This document shows, piece after piece, positions 1-12,790 of a DNA stretch of 64,000 nucleotides. Position numbers and translations under genes: made by a program. The notes under the pieces were generated by a model that worked only from the letters and a program-made list of their open reading frames with translations, had not been told where the DNA came from and made no database searches. The stretch lies in assembly GCA_030141605.1 (NCBI GenBank), contig JAQGDQ010000088.1:372001-436000 (forward strand), given 5' to 3'. The stretch's first letter is position 1. Each line of letters opens with the position of its first letter. This DNA is from Tubiluchus corallicola. Taxonomy: Eukaryota > Animalia > Priapulida.

Positions 1-640
1 TGACCTAACTACAGCTTTATAAAGAGGTATAATAACTTTTGCACTACGTGATGAAATGTAGCCTTTTTATCATTCCAACGCATCTATTGGCCTGAGAAAT
101 AATATGCTCAATATGTGAATTCCACTTCAGGTTGTTTGAGATTAATACAAGTAAATCACGTACAACTGATTTGTCTTCAATAGCAACATCTCTCAGATAA
201 TAAGGTATTGCAGAATTAGAACGAATACGAAGTGCGCTGCATTTACTACGGTTGTGGGTCATTGGCCAGTTGTCACACCACAGCTCAATTTCAGACAGGT
301 TAGCTTGTAATATCTCTTGATCAAAGGAATCTCTAATTGGACGGAAAGATTTTATATCATCAACAAACAGTGGTATACGTGTGTCAGGGAATACACAATC
401 AATAACATAATTGATAAAAGTAAGAAAACAATAAGGTCCTGACAAAGTCCCTTGACGAATGCCACTGGTTACATTTCTCCAGGAAGTGGATTTAAAACTA
501 CTCTTTGCCTTTTATGTGTTAGAAAATAACGAAACCATTGGAGTAGTTTCCCTCCATATTCCATTTTTAACATGAGACAACGAAAAGGAACGAAATCAAA
601 TACTTTTCTAAAATCAATATATAGAATATCAATTGATGGG
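1..640 (-). mobile_element. Decayed non-LTR retrotransposon RT fragment (CR1/L2/jockey-like), running off the window start
   Basis: Minus-strand translation shows RT motifs IDILYIDF-RKVFDFVP (cf. DxxYxDFxKAFDxV), VTSGIRQG (cf. SGVPQG) and LFVDD, then WCDNW...NRSKC and RDL...NLKWNSHI. The frame is broken; ORF 44..445 is one piece. Confidence 0.85.
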
Positions 641-1168
641 AGAATGTGGTCATCAAAACCAGTATCATTACCATTTACACTTGTTACAATTTAGGTTTTT
701 AATTTCTTTAGATAAGGTACAATTATTTACTAATTACCTCACAAGCAGCAAGAAGACGTTTTCCTAACAGTCGAACGTTCTGCAAGTTCGAAATTACAGC
801 CAAACGAGGCCCTACCGGCGCAGAAATGGACACAGACAGGATCATCTACAGTATTTTAGGAAATCTGGGCCCAGACGTGAAATGCTGAAGCCTGGAAAAG
901 CAAGGTCGTTTGTGCGGGATTACAATCGAAAAATAATAATAACCGAAATAGGAAATGCAAAATAAAACTTCAAAGTTTGGTGTGAGTAAAGAACGACGTT
1001 AAAAGAGACTATAATAAAATCATAGTGCATATTATTTTATTAGCGCCGCCAGTAGAACACGTGTAATCTCTTGTCTGATTTTTTTTAAAAGTGCGGAGTG
1101 AAAATGGGAATGAGAATTATGGTGGACCGGCCTGGAGGATGGAGACTGACTCTGAGAGCTTGCATGTA

Positions 1169-1980
1169 GGGTGCAGAGTACGCCACTAGCCAAAGTAGAA
1201 CACTTCCTCCAAAACACATGTGCTGAATTTGCGGAGAAACAGTGTCGTACATGAGCAGCCCAAGTAGGGCACTGGCGATTTCTGTCGAAAATGGAGAATT
1301 ATGACACAACAAAACAATAAAACCAAACTTGTTTTAGAAAAAAGTAACTTTATTATAATGACGGATAGTCCTTGCAAATGTACTTTTTACAATAATCATC
1401 ACCATTATTATTAGCTCCATTAATATCATCATAACATTAAACTAAATATCGAATGCTTTAAAGAGAGAAACTATGTAGGGCACGTAGGTCGCTGGCCCGT
1501 TTACTTAGTAGAAAACATTTATTGATAATTTTGTTGAAGAGATAGTAAAACAGATCACCTGTTTGTGAAGCGAAACAAAATAAAAAATGATTATACCTTA
1601 AGCAAATATTGCAATCGCCTAAAAAGCGGGCTTATTTCACTTCAAAAAGACAAATATCGAAGTCAAATTTAATATTGGCCGTTTTATTAACTGAGAATAT
1701 GATTCTTTTATTTTATCAGATGTATAATAAATTAATTTTAGTCAAAGTTTATTGGCATATTCAATTATCATCATTATTATTATTAAATAAACAAGGACGC
1801 TGCCAGCACGGTTAACGACTTAATTCGAGACCTGTCTTTAGCGTCCTACTTGGCAACCGATGTACGAAGCTTCCTAGTTGGGCTAGCGGCTAGCCGCTAG
1901 CTCATGTAAGGACGCGTCCTACTTGGGGTAGCTCATGTACGCCAATTGTCCTACTTCGACTAGTGTCCTATTCCGCTCCC
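1169..1980. mobile_element. Non-autonomous TIR element (MITE) with GGG...CCC ends, possibly PIF/Harbinger-like
   Basis: Left end gggtgcagagtacgccactagccaaagtagaacac matches the reverse complement of the right end (gggagcggaataggacactagtcgaagtaggacaa). A second inverted block, cgtacatgagcagcccaagtagggcac (~1246-1272), pairs with gtcctacttggggtagctcatgtacg (~1916-1941). gtcctac motifs recur subterminally. No TSD is preserved. Confidence 0.6.
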
Positions 1981-2299
1981 AACAGGAGAGTTTGTCAGAG
2001 ACATTAAATTTTTATCTATGGTCGAAGCCTGAAAACGTTTTGGCGTGGCTGATTCGTTAATGTACGTTTGTCGACACCCTTTCACATCCATTCTTCTTAT
2101 GAACTGTATTATTCATGTGTTGTTTTTTGTTCGAGAAAAATAATAAATGAAATGATCTGTGGAGTTGTGAACTATGGTATTTGCAAGTTAAATGATGCAC
2201 ATATATTAATTCTTACCTTATCTTACCTTATGTGGTTTTGGCAAAGTAATCTTTTAGGCAGATCATGTTTATATATTCATATCTCCTCAGTTAGGCCTT

Positions 2300-3212
2300 G
2301 TAATTGTAGACTACTTCTTTCCCACCCCAGTGCTTGTCCAACCTTCTCTTAAATACATCTACAATAAGTGCCCACACAACATCGTTGAGTAAACTATTCC
2401 ATGCATCTACAATTCTGCCCTATACACTTATTAGATCTGAACTTGTACAACTTTAGCAAATGGCCTCCGGGTGATCAATCCGACTACCTGCAATCTCAGT
2501 TGCAACCGTGAGCTTACAGCTGTCCATATATGTTCGTTAAGATATATGTTTGCTCTATTACGTCACCTCTCTGTCTCCTGTAAGCTAGTGTTGGCAATTT
2601 AAGGAAGTTTAACAGGTCAGTATACAATAATTCCCTCAAGTCATTAAGCTTTCTTGTCGCATATCTTTGTACTTGTTCCAGCTGATCTATATATTTGACC
2701 ATGGATGGGTGTCATACTGATCTTGAAAACTCCAAATGCCTTACAAGGACTTTGTGCAGACAGATGAATATAGTATGAGTCAAAGTGGTAGAACCTCTAG
2801 TTATTATCCCCACCATCTTCTTAGCTTTGCTTATCTTTTCCTGGATATGATTGTTCAAATGTGAACAATCTGCAAAACATAACTCCAAGGTCTTTCTCTG
2901 ACTCAACCCAGTGTATCTGGTAAGTAATTTCATCTCTAACCAGTGTGTAATCAGCAACTGGATTATTTTCTTTCTAGCTGTTGTATTCATTGCCTTACAT
3001 TTACCAGGATGAAAAGTTAACAACCGATATTCACTCCATTTAGTCATACCATGAAGATCTTCTTGAATGTTTTCCCTATCCTGCTCTGATTCAATTATAT
3101 TCAACAGTTTTGTATCATCTGCAAGCAGAAAGATCTCAGACAGTACTTCTTCTGGAAGATCATTGATGTAGATGAAAAATAATATAGGACCGACGATGCT
3201 GCCCTGTGGCCA
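2300..3212 (-). mobile_element. Decayed CR1-like LINE, 3' part of ORF2 (RT and C-terminus)
   Basis: Minus strand reads PQGSIVGPILF, LLADDTK, FHPGKCK, LEQVQRYAT, LPTLAYRRQRGD and terminal RIVDAWNSL...FKRRLDKHW, typical of CR1/L2-group ORF2 ends. Several frameshifts (ORFs 2514..2702, 2712..3104). Confidence 0.88.
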
Positions 3213-4449
3213 TCTTCTAGATCATTTCACAAAAGCAGCAGCAAGACAATTTTGAAACTTTTTACCACCACAATACAAAGTTTTTTGGGACATTCTAGAT
3301 GTTGCAAGTGTTATGTGTTTACTGGTATGGTTGGAAGCTGGTCAGAAAATGGATTTTGGTTAGATTCTGACTGCCGTGCAATCTGACGTATCATAGTCAA
3401 GTTGTTGAAAGCTCACTATTTGAGATCATAGTGATGTACCTTAGTGACTGTAAAGTTATCACACTTAAAGATTTGTGTTAACTCGCTGTGAAAGCTCTGT
3501 TAGCACATGTGTTGTTCAGGACAATGCTTAAAATTAATCTATGTTTCTACTGAGCTACTGTCAGCATCATGTTATGCAAGAAATGATCCTGATTCGCGTT
3601 TGAATAGCCCAAATGAAATACCGTAGCTTGCGCTTAGACAAAAGGAGTTTCTGTGATTTAAAAAGATATTGAGGTTGTTGACATACTTGCAAAAATAATA
3701 AAATTCTGTGTAACATTCAATGATAAGCACTTTTAATGATTTCCTTATTGATTTATTGTATTATTCATTCTATTAACTTCTACAAGCTTTATTGCCCAAT
3801 GCCTTTCGAAATCCATAGGCCTGTGTAATAAGTTCATTTTTTTCTAGGTTTTGAACAGACAAGTTATTGTATAACATACATTCATAAATGTAGTGGAGAA
3901 GCATAAAAGTTTTATAAACCAAAAGTTTTGTACTTTTGTTAAGTTGTCTTTCCATTTGTCTTAAAAAACTGGTGCTAGCAGGTATTGTTTTGATATACGT
4001 TATCCAGCTGATGTCTCAATTTTGGCATGTTATGAGTCGAAGTTATTTGCGCACTTTGGGTATTGTGTAGCATTTAGTAATTTGTCATACTAGTAATTAG
4101 TAATTGGTTTTCTTTATGATTGTTCTACTGAATTTTAGTTTTAAATTAATCTATAATTTCGTTTATTATTTTCCGTTTGTCGTGTTGTCTTGGCATGTAA
4201 GTAGCTAAGCATTACTCTTTATGATACTGATAATTGCTGTCTTTTGTTTCGTTACGTAACTCAAGCTCCTTATTTTGCCAACTTTCTATTTTTTAATTTG
4301 CTTCTGTCAATTTGCCTTATACCTTGTGCTTAATAAAGAACATGACTACGTAAGCACACCATTCACGAATCACTATTATAGTGGATCAACAGTTTTTACA
4401 TTAGAGCATAGATTTCTGCCCAGAGATCTTGCTTTCAAAGTTAGTCGTT

Positions 4450-4570
4450 GTCATCGTTGGCACGTGATTGCCTGATTGGTCGAAAAGAGCGCCATTTTCG
4501 ACCGGACTGAATTTTCTTAACGAATTAATTTTGCTTTATCTCTTACCCTAGGACGTGTTTAAGTATGTAA
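4450..4570 (+). promoter_or_regulatory. Candidate promoter and non-coding first exon for NCAPH
   Basis: CpG-enriched patch with CACGTG (4461-4466), inverted CCAAT (ATTGG 4475-4479), GCCATTTT (YY1-type, 4491-4498) and a donor-like AA|GTATGT at 4563. The NCAPH exon is preceded by a strong acceptor at 7465-7466, so an upstream exon is expected. Linking the two is inference. Confidence 0.4.
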
Positions 4571-4844
4571 AATACACATCGTGTTTTTAAAGCTGATATG
4601 CAAACTCAAGGTTCGACTTAACTTACTTTTGAAATTTGTAGTATGTACGCGTTTTAACAGATCTGCAAACCGTTCGATGTAAAAATGAATGAAATGTAGA
4701 AACCCGGGTATTATCTTGGTCTTGGTAGCGGTTCATGCGGCGGAACGGGGGGGGGGGGGTGTGCGTAGAAAGCAGATGATTATGTTCAGAAATTTTTACT
4801 TTGGTATCAAAACTAAATTATAAAAATAAAAAATAAAACTAAGA

Positions 4845-4902
4845 CATTTTTGGGTGCTATCGAGTTTCTTATGCATTTTTGGGTGCTATCGAGTTTCTTA
4901 TG
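4845..4902. repeat. Perfect 29-bp tandem duplication
   Basis: catttttgggtgctatcgagtttcttatg occurs twice (4845-4873, 4874-4902). Confidence 0.95.
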
Positions 4903-7524
4903 CTGGTTTTGCAGCCTACTACTAATTTATGTAATTACTATGCTTTAATGAAATTTTACATTTATATGTTGTACACATGAAATATGCTCAATAGCATAAA
5001 AATGCTTAATTTTCAATAATTGTAATAGCCTTTCGTATCATATAGTATAATCTACTTATTATGACATTTACGAGGCCTGTGTTACGGTTAGTGTTAGTGT
5101 AACGAGCCTCTGGTTATTACAAGCAAATTTTAACGTCTCATCATGTCTTAGGCTTAGGCAATACGTTTAAACCTTGCTTACAGCAAGGTCCGATATTACG
5201 AGATTTTGCTTATTTCGAAGGAATTTTACCAACCCGTGATTGTATTTCAAAGTACGTCAACTATGTATATCAAAGTACAGTGTATGCAAACGTGCCCTGC
5301 TGTAATTGTAATTAAAGCCTGAATGGAGTGGGCAATGATTCAGACACAGAAAACACCAATTTGTCAGCACAATGGCTAGAAAGGCACAGTTGAAACCTTC
5401 GCTAAACTTCAGCATTTTTTGTGTCTTCACCTGGCAACTGATAATGATGTGTTCTCATGCCTTTCATAAGCTTCTTCGTTAAAGCTCTGGTGCAGTTTAG
5501 TGTAAAAGCAGGCTAAAATAACAGAGCTTTTAAAAAAATAAACTCCTGTTTTCCAAACTATGCATTCTTTGACTTTTCAAAATTTAATTTTTAATAAAAA
5601 TGCTTTTTTAAATAACTACCTTTCTTTTAAGTAATTATTTCACGAGTACTAACTACAGCGATTAACAACATAAGCTAGCTGTATTTAGGCTTAGTTAGCC
5701 AATGCAGGTTCTGTTGGAACGTTCATAATCATAAATCATATTGCACTTGCACAGCTATTTTTGAAAATAAAAGCAGAGCTGTTCGTATCCACATTTAAAC
5801 TGGTAAAAGTTAGATCTGTCTACCCACACAGGCGTACAGGGCCTTGGACAGGCTGTTAAATGTTTATACTGTAATACCCATGTAAACATGCTCAGCTATC
5901 AGCAGAAGACAATGAATAAGAAATGGTAACTTAGAAAAGCAAGTCTCATGACGATTTTATGAGGGGATTTATTTATTTTGCTTAAATACTGGTGTTAATC
6001 CTAGAAATTATCAAACAACAGAATTTGAACCCTATAATTCTACTCTTTTGTGATAAAATAGTTGGTCAGTAGTATGTGGCACTCATTAAGAAACTTGTGC
6101 CTTTTTTAAAAAAAGTGTTCTATTCATCATTACATCATATCCGCCTTATAAGCTTCATTTCGATCTTATACATACACCGAGACAATTGACCTCGGCTATA
6201 ACAAAACTTGGTTACAAATTTTCAGTCCCCTAAAACTCTTTATAAGCGGGTTATACTATATTTCATTATACTTATAAATGCTACTGTATTATTGAGAGTA
6301 GTACTGCTAATTGTGTTGTGGTTCATAGAGATAGCAAAAGAAGTCAGCTCAGATGATTTGCAAACTTGCATGAAACGCTTAAAATGCGTGTGACACACGG
6401 CTAATGCATGAGAGTTATTAGGTCTACATTTATTCTTCCTAGACCTCGTAACTGTATTAGTTGATAGTTTCATTTCATTCTTTTGGTGCAGTTTAGTCAT
6501 ATACTTAATGCATATATGATATAGTATACTTAGTATGTATATATCTTTATTCATATTATCGCATATAATAGACCTACCAGGCAGTAAATTAGTGTAAATT
6601 TTCTCTAGGCGAAACTAGGAGTGATAGTGCTTGTCTTCAGATATCTAGGGGACCTATAAAAAGCACCCTGAAATTTGCGAGGGAGCTGTTAGCACACTTT
6701 TAAAATTTTTCTTCCTTATTCCTGCAAATCTAATAACTGAATCACTGGGTACCTTATGTGACCTTGGTGTATTAACATCGCATACATACAATGACCTTGT
6801 GCGACGTGATGTAGACGATGTATAAATTTGTTAGTCTTGTCGTAGCTATTATACCGTGATTTGTAGGAGTGCATAATGAGTACTAAAGCTGTTTGCCTCT
6901 GTCAATATGTTTTACACAAAAAGCAATAAAGTATTATACTGTATATTAAAGTGTCCAGTGATTCTGGAGATTTTCATTTCTTAATTGGCGGGGCTGATCC
7001 CAATAATGAAATGTTACATTCTGAAATCCAAACCGGTGTCTGAACAGTGAATTTTTGCTCACCTGATGGGTGACTTCGAAAATGACTAGGAAGTTGCATT
7101 TTGCGAACTATTTTCTTTTTGCGTACCTTTATGTGGTTTACATAATGACAATACTAAACCACCAAAAATACAATACTATTTTACTTAAATTCCAAAAAAT
7201 GAAAAGGAAATAGATGAGTGCACTTTCAGACATTTTTGGATAACTGGTAGGCATCAAATAGAATAACAAAATATCGGATAATCATTTGGATGAAAATTGA
7301 AGAAAGCACTTTGAGAGTATTATGTAAGCTCTTGAACCAACAGAAAAGCCTAGCAGTCAGGGTCAAGAAATACATGTTATACAATGTACAGTTGTGTATA
7401 GTATATTCACTCATTATACACTATTGGGAAAGTATTGTGAAATTCACAAAATAGTTTTTTTTTCAGCTTGATTACATTCACTCTAAGGAACTTGCCACGG
7501 AAAGAAAAAAAGCTTGTAAGCACA

Positions 7525-9693
7525 ATGGAAATAATTTCACCTGTTGTAAGTACGATGTTGACTCAGGCACCCAACACAGGAACAGATAGTTCTAATCCAA
7601 GTGATTATGTGTCACCAGGGCTTAGACATTTGCATTCTAGAACGCATTCTGCCAGTCACATTTTATGTCAAAATGATGATGCAAAAGAAAAGAGAGAAAG
7701 ACAGAATGCAAGAATGGTGGAGATGCAACGGATAAACTTGAATAGTCCTTCAACACCCTCTGATCGAAGGCGGTCTCTTATAACTGGTGACAGTGGCATG
7801 TCTAATATTCAAATTGCCACACATTATGCAAATTGTATCAAGTTGAACTCTGAGAACAAAATAACTGTGAAAAATGCATTTAACTTGCATTTGATTGATT
7901 ACATGTCTGAAATGCTGAAAAATCAGGGTGATGTGACCAACTTTCAGCAAGCCAGTTGCACTCTGGATGCTAGTGCAAAAATTTATGCTTGTCGTGTGGA
8001 TGCCATGTATACGGAAGTGTACAAAGTAGCAGGAGGACTTGGTCGATCTGATAAACGGAAATTTCATGAATCAGGTGATGCGGTCGAAAAGGACTCACAA
8101 GGAGAGGGAAAGGGAGAAATCCCCGAGAATCCAAAAAGGAATAAAACTGTTCGTAAGAAGAACACAGTCCTGAAAAATGTTAATACATTAAATGTCAACA
8201 AATATGATTTGGAGTTTGAAGTTGATCCTTTGTTTCGAAAAACGTCTGCTGCTTTTGACGAAGGTGGTGTTGATAGGTTACTTGTAAATCTGCTGAGTTG
8301 CTATGATGATAACCATGAGCTCATATTAGATTCTAGTACAATGGCAGAAAAAATGGACTACATTCAGAATGAACAAACATGTTGCTTAGACTTGAAATTA
8401 TTTCAAGGTGTGGCAGAGGATTTACACATTTGTCCAGAGTTTTATGATTTTGAGTTTAGTTCTTGGGAGAAAAGTAAAGACAGTTCATTGCATGAACATT
8501 GTAATGAACACATGTTTGATATTAATGCTCCGGTTGAACCAGTTCAGAGTGAGTCTCTTCATTTGCCTGATAACATTAGCATGAGTCACAGTGAACATGT
8601 TTCTGACAATGAAATGATATTAGAAAATGAAGTTAACACTCAGGATGAATCTGAAAAGCGATGTGCAAGTAAACCTGCCGAAAGCAGCAGAGCTCACATT
8701 GCTTTAGCCGATGTGTCAAATATGAACTCGTTAGCTACGATGCTTTCGACTGAACCTTCAGAGTATTCTTATTTTAGCAAAGAGATAATTTCTGCTTGGG
8801 CAGGTCCTGAGCATTGGAAACTTCGGCCTATATCTAAAGATACTTGTAAACATGGTTTAGTAACATCAAGAAAGAAGGGTGCAAAAAAGCCACCTTTCAG
8901 AATAGATCATTGTGAAGACATCAATTTTAACCTCTTTTTTAAAAAAACTAGAGCTGCTACAATGTTAGCTCTTACAACAATTAAAAAATATCAGAAGTCT
9001 TCTGTGTGCCTTCCCAAAGACCTTCACTTTGACAACAGCAAATTATTTCAACTGTTCAAGAAATCTGTGACAGTGAAGTGGAAAGATAGTCAAGCTTACA
9101 CCACTAACTGTGAAATTGGAAATTACAATTTCCATAATCCAAATGATGTTCATAATTTCTGTCCAAATGAAGGTGGCCAAGAAAATGAAGAGGAAGAAGA
9201 TCGGGGATTTGAACATGTTGATGACACTACAACATGTTTAGAAGAAACTGGTTTTACTAGCCAATTGAGTCCCTCTCAGCCGCCATCTTTAGAGGAAATC
9301 CCGGAGGAACAAGAAGATGCCTTGTTTGGTGATAACTTGGTTGCAGAACCACGCAAAGTGAACAAAATCGACATCGCTTATGCCAAATCAGCTAAACGGA
9401 TTGACGTTAAGAAACTTAAGGCAGTGATGTGGATGCTACTGTCTCAGTCTTGCAATAAGGAAAATTACAACATTGAGCAAACACTGACTGTTTTTGAGAA
9501 ATCTATGATTTTAGATGAGAAATCTTTTAAACACTTGTATAGCTTGCTTCCAGGTAAACTATCACAGAGAATGGTTGAAAACTTGACAATGCCTATTGCA
9601 TTTGTGTGCTTGCTACACATTGCTAATGAGAAGAATTTACAGCTTGTGGCTCAAGATGATTTGCAGGATTTTTTAATAGCAATGAATTCTTAA
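7525..9693 (+). CDS. NCAPH: Condensin complex subunit 2 (condensin I kleisin, CAP-H/barren), single coding exon, 722 aa from the first ATG
   Basis: Uninterrupted ORF with Cnd2/barren motifs: CIKLNSENKITVKNAFNLHLIDYM, NFQQASCTLDASAKIYACRVD, FEVDPLF, WAGPEHWK, IAYAKSAKRIDVKKLK and C-terminal FVCLLHIANEKNLQL. Acceptor tttttttttcag ends at 7466. First ATG is 7525 (cacaATG); the track start at 7468 is a TTG. Stop TAA 9691-9693. Confidence 0.95.
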   Translation: MEIISPVVSTMLTQAPNTGTDSSNPSDYVSPGLRHLHSRTHSASHILCQNDDAKEKRERQNARMVEMQRINLNSPSTPSDRRRSLITGDSGMSNIQIATHYANCIKLNSENKITVKNAFNLHLIDYMSEMLKNQGDVTNFQQASCTLDASAKIYACRVDAMYTEVYKVAGGLGRSDKRKFHESGDAVEKDSQGEGKGEIPENPKRNKTVRKKNTVLKNVNTLNVNKYDLEFEVDPLFRKTSAAFDEGGVDRLLVNLLSCYDDNHELILDSSTMAEKMDYIQNEQTCCLDLKLFQGVAEDLHICPEFYDFEFSSWEKSKDSSLHEHCNEHMFDINAPVEPVQSESLHLPDNISMSHSEHVSDNEMILENEVNTQDESEKRCASKPAESSRAHIALADVSNMNSLATMLSTEPSEYSYFSKEIISAWAGPEHWKLRPISKDTCKHGLVTSRKKGAKKPPFRIDHCEDINFNLFFKKTRAATMLALTTIKKYQKSSVCLPKDLHFDNSKLFQLFKKSVTVKWKDSQAYTTNCEIGNYNFHNPNDVHNFCPNEGGQENEEEEDRGFEHVDDTTTCLEETGFTSQLSPSQPPSLEEIPEEQEDALFGDNLVAEPRKVNKIDIAYAKSAKRIDVKKLKAVMWMLLSQSCNKENYNIEQTLTVFEKSMILDEKSFKHLYSLLPGKLSQRMVENLTMPIAFVCLLHIANEKNLQLVAQDDLQDFLIAMNS

Positions 9694-9945
9694 TATTTCA
9701 CATCTTTTCTGTGATTACACTGTACTGAGTGGTGTCTCCTTTGTTGACTCACTGTCTCATCTCAGTGCCCATTATTGGATTCCTGACTTGCAGCGGATTG
9801 ACTTGCATATAAACAACTGTCAACTTAACAGAGCATCATTGTATAATTGTAATTGTGTATTTAATGCATAATATGCTATTGCCAGCAGTGACGGTTTCTC
9901 ATATTAATCTTGGATCTTTTCTGATCTAAGAAAAGCTGGACAGTA

Positions 9946-10430
9946 CAGTGTTCCCTCGCTACTTCACGGTTCGTTTATCACGGACTCACTGTTTTCGCGG
10001 GTTTTCAAAAATATTAATGTAAAATATTTATCGCTGTTTCGCGGGTTTTTGCAGTACTCCGTCAAAAGTATTTTTGCACGTGCGTAGTATGTATTGTACA
10101 GTAATGTATAGATTTGATGAATTTTGCATAAAAAATCACAAAATGTATAAAAATATATTAAAAATATTAATTCTACGAACATTATAAATCATAAAAAATT
10201 ACCATTTACAGTAAATAGTGTATTTATTCCGCGGATGAATACACACCAAAAATGGAATGTAGTACTTGCGCCTGTTTGAGATGCTACTTGCCGACGTGAG
10301 ATTGTACACAACACACGATTGGTTGATTATAGTGTAAGTATAAAATAAGTAGGGCGTCTCTACTTCGCGGAAATTCACTTATCATGGGTGGGCTTGGAAC
10401 TGAACACCCGCGATAAGCGAGGGAACACTG
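9946..10430. mobile_element. pogo/Tigger-type MITE (~485 bp) just downstream of NCAPH
   Basis: Perfect 15-bp TIR cagtgttccctcgct ... agcgagggaacactg with TA on both sides (9944-45, 10431-32). Internal (t)tcgcgg repeats. Confidence 0.9.
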
Positions 10431-12504
10431 TATAATGTAAATCGCATGCATTTATGCGGTTCTAGTATTATTAAATATATTGTATGAAAGAACTATGTAA
10501 ATTCATCAAATGCATACATTCTAATGTCACACTGTATATAAATTTATGTGAGTTGAAAAGACTGGAAACTATTGTGTATTTTAATACCCAAAGTCAAATG
10601 CAAGAAACTACTTGATTATCTCGAAATTTTAAAAGTTTGAAACAACATTTTTGCAAATGTTCTGCTAAACTTTTAGAAAATACTGAGGAGAAAATGAGTA
10701 CGATTCACATTTTTTGCAGAACTAAATGTTGAAAATGATTTCTTAACATCAACATCTTTTAGGTTAAACATGAACATTCTTATGAAATTGCGTATTGCTG
10801 TTGCATGATAGTTTCTTGTTTCAACACGGGCAAATTCACTGGTTGATATGTCAAATATTGGAATTTCTTGATTTTGTTCAGCTAAATTAGCTGTTTTATG
10901 AAAGTATTTTATGTTTTGTAAAGATAGAAAATATAGCTTTCTACCTGGCTTCATTTCAAAATGTGCAAAATGATTATTATGGTTATAATAATAATTTCGT
11001 TTAGGACATAGTCCAGGGATAACACCTTACGTAACTCAATACTTATTTCCAAGGTGGTCCCAATTATTTGTTACCCACACATTACTTCAGTAAACCTTCG
11101 GATTGAGACAACTCATTATTTCCTACTACTTTTATGTTGATATTGTACAGAGATAATTGTGCATACACGAACTATACATACTTAGCATTTATTTGTGTTT
11201 TTTGTCTATTAATGGTGTACCTGTATATTGTAGTCATTTTATTCATAAATTATTCTTTTAATGAACTAACAATTTGGTCTGAAGATTGTAATAGTTTTAC
11301 TGTCATTGTACGACTCTTTTGTGTTCACACACTGTCATACAGACAATTTCCAACAAAGTGATACACCACTAGAGTTGTCTGCATTACTGCATGGTGTATA
11401 TTTTAAATATTAATTTTATGATAAATTCTGATTCTTTAAATTTACAGTGGTTTGTATTTTCACACTCATTGAAAAAGGGAACGCATCACATGACCATGCG
11501 TGTTTACACTGTGTGAGCTCAATTGCGCTGATTTAAAAATTAGATTTAGATTTAGTTATTTTTTTCGATCATAAACATTAAGCCGTTACAAATTATAACA
11601 TAAAAATTACCTTAACACGATATACTAAAGATAATGTATGAAACTATTTTTAATCTAGATTTTCGACGAAAAAGTAGTTTTTATAAATTATGGTTGCGTG
11701 TACTACATGTATAAGTTCTATTACGCTTGTGGTTTTCACTTTTCATTTGTTCAAGAAACTTATACAAAGATTTTCATCTTTCACATAACTTTGGAATCTT
11801 CAAAATTTTTCAAGGCCCTCATAGTCAATATCCGCCAAAGTAATAATGTAAGTACGTTTTTGTGTACGTTTAATGAATGGGACTGCTAAACTGTAATATC
11901 GATTCTCCAAACCTGCACATCATATTCAGTAACAGAATTTACTCTTAGTAAAAATATATATTTCTAACAGGTCGCTTGTCTTAGAGCCAACTCTTAAGTT
12001 GTCTAAAAAGGCAATCATTTAGCTACTTTGTTCCTGTACATATATAGATTCAATGTGACCATTCCACTTCAGATCATTCTGAATGGTTACACAACAATTT
12101 GCGAGTATTGATACATTCAGCATTTGAATTTTCATCACAACAACAACAGTATCGATGGTGTTTAATAATTAGGTTTGCTCACTATTGTTTTAGGCTTTTG
12201 CTTTGTGATAGTTTAGCCTGTTTTCTGGTATCTTTGAAAACAGGGTGACCTCACTGACCTGTGTGGAACCAGTACCACTGCAAATTCTAACGGTCAAAGA
12301 CACGATCAAAGTATAGAGAGTTTTAGCCAAAGTGTCTGTGGCCTTAACCTTTGATTTTAGAGGCACGTTTGTTGTCAGGTTTAGTTAAAGATTCCTTGCA
12401 TTGATTTTAGTTGTTGTTTGCGTAATTCAGGTTTTTTACGACGGGTTTTGAAAACAGTAGACGTTCTGTTGAAAAACCAAAGCGGGATTCTTTTTTTCAT
12501 TTTT

Positions 12505-12790
12505 ATACAGTGCTGAGTTATGGGTAATAAAAGTTAAACAGCAGGACGAAATTAACGCTTTCCAAAGACGTCTCTGTAGAACATTGTTAAGAATTGAAGA
12601 CCATACAGAATATTCAATGATAATCTGCGTGATGTGGTGAGACAGAATCCTAGGAGTAAGCAAATCCAACTAAAAAGACTGCAAGGATTGGGCGTGCACT
12701 AAGGTTACCTCAAGAATCTCCTTTTCCTATAGCATTATATAAAGCTCTTGGAATGTAAACGCAACCACTTCGTCGAAGCAGTGTGTAGTT
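12505..12790 (+). mobile_element. Old RTE-like LINE fragment
   Basis: Translates as ELWVIKVKQQDEINAFQRRLCRTLLRI, then after frameshifts WIGRALRL, resembling the post-RT region of RTE elements (ETW...AFQRRCLRxIL...WxGHxxR). Confidence 0.6.

Noticed and set aside
7468-7524. N-terminal extension of NCAPH given by the ORF track
   Set aside because: It starts at TTG right after a splice acceptor. The first ATG is 7525, and I found no upstream coding exon.
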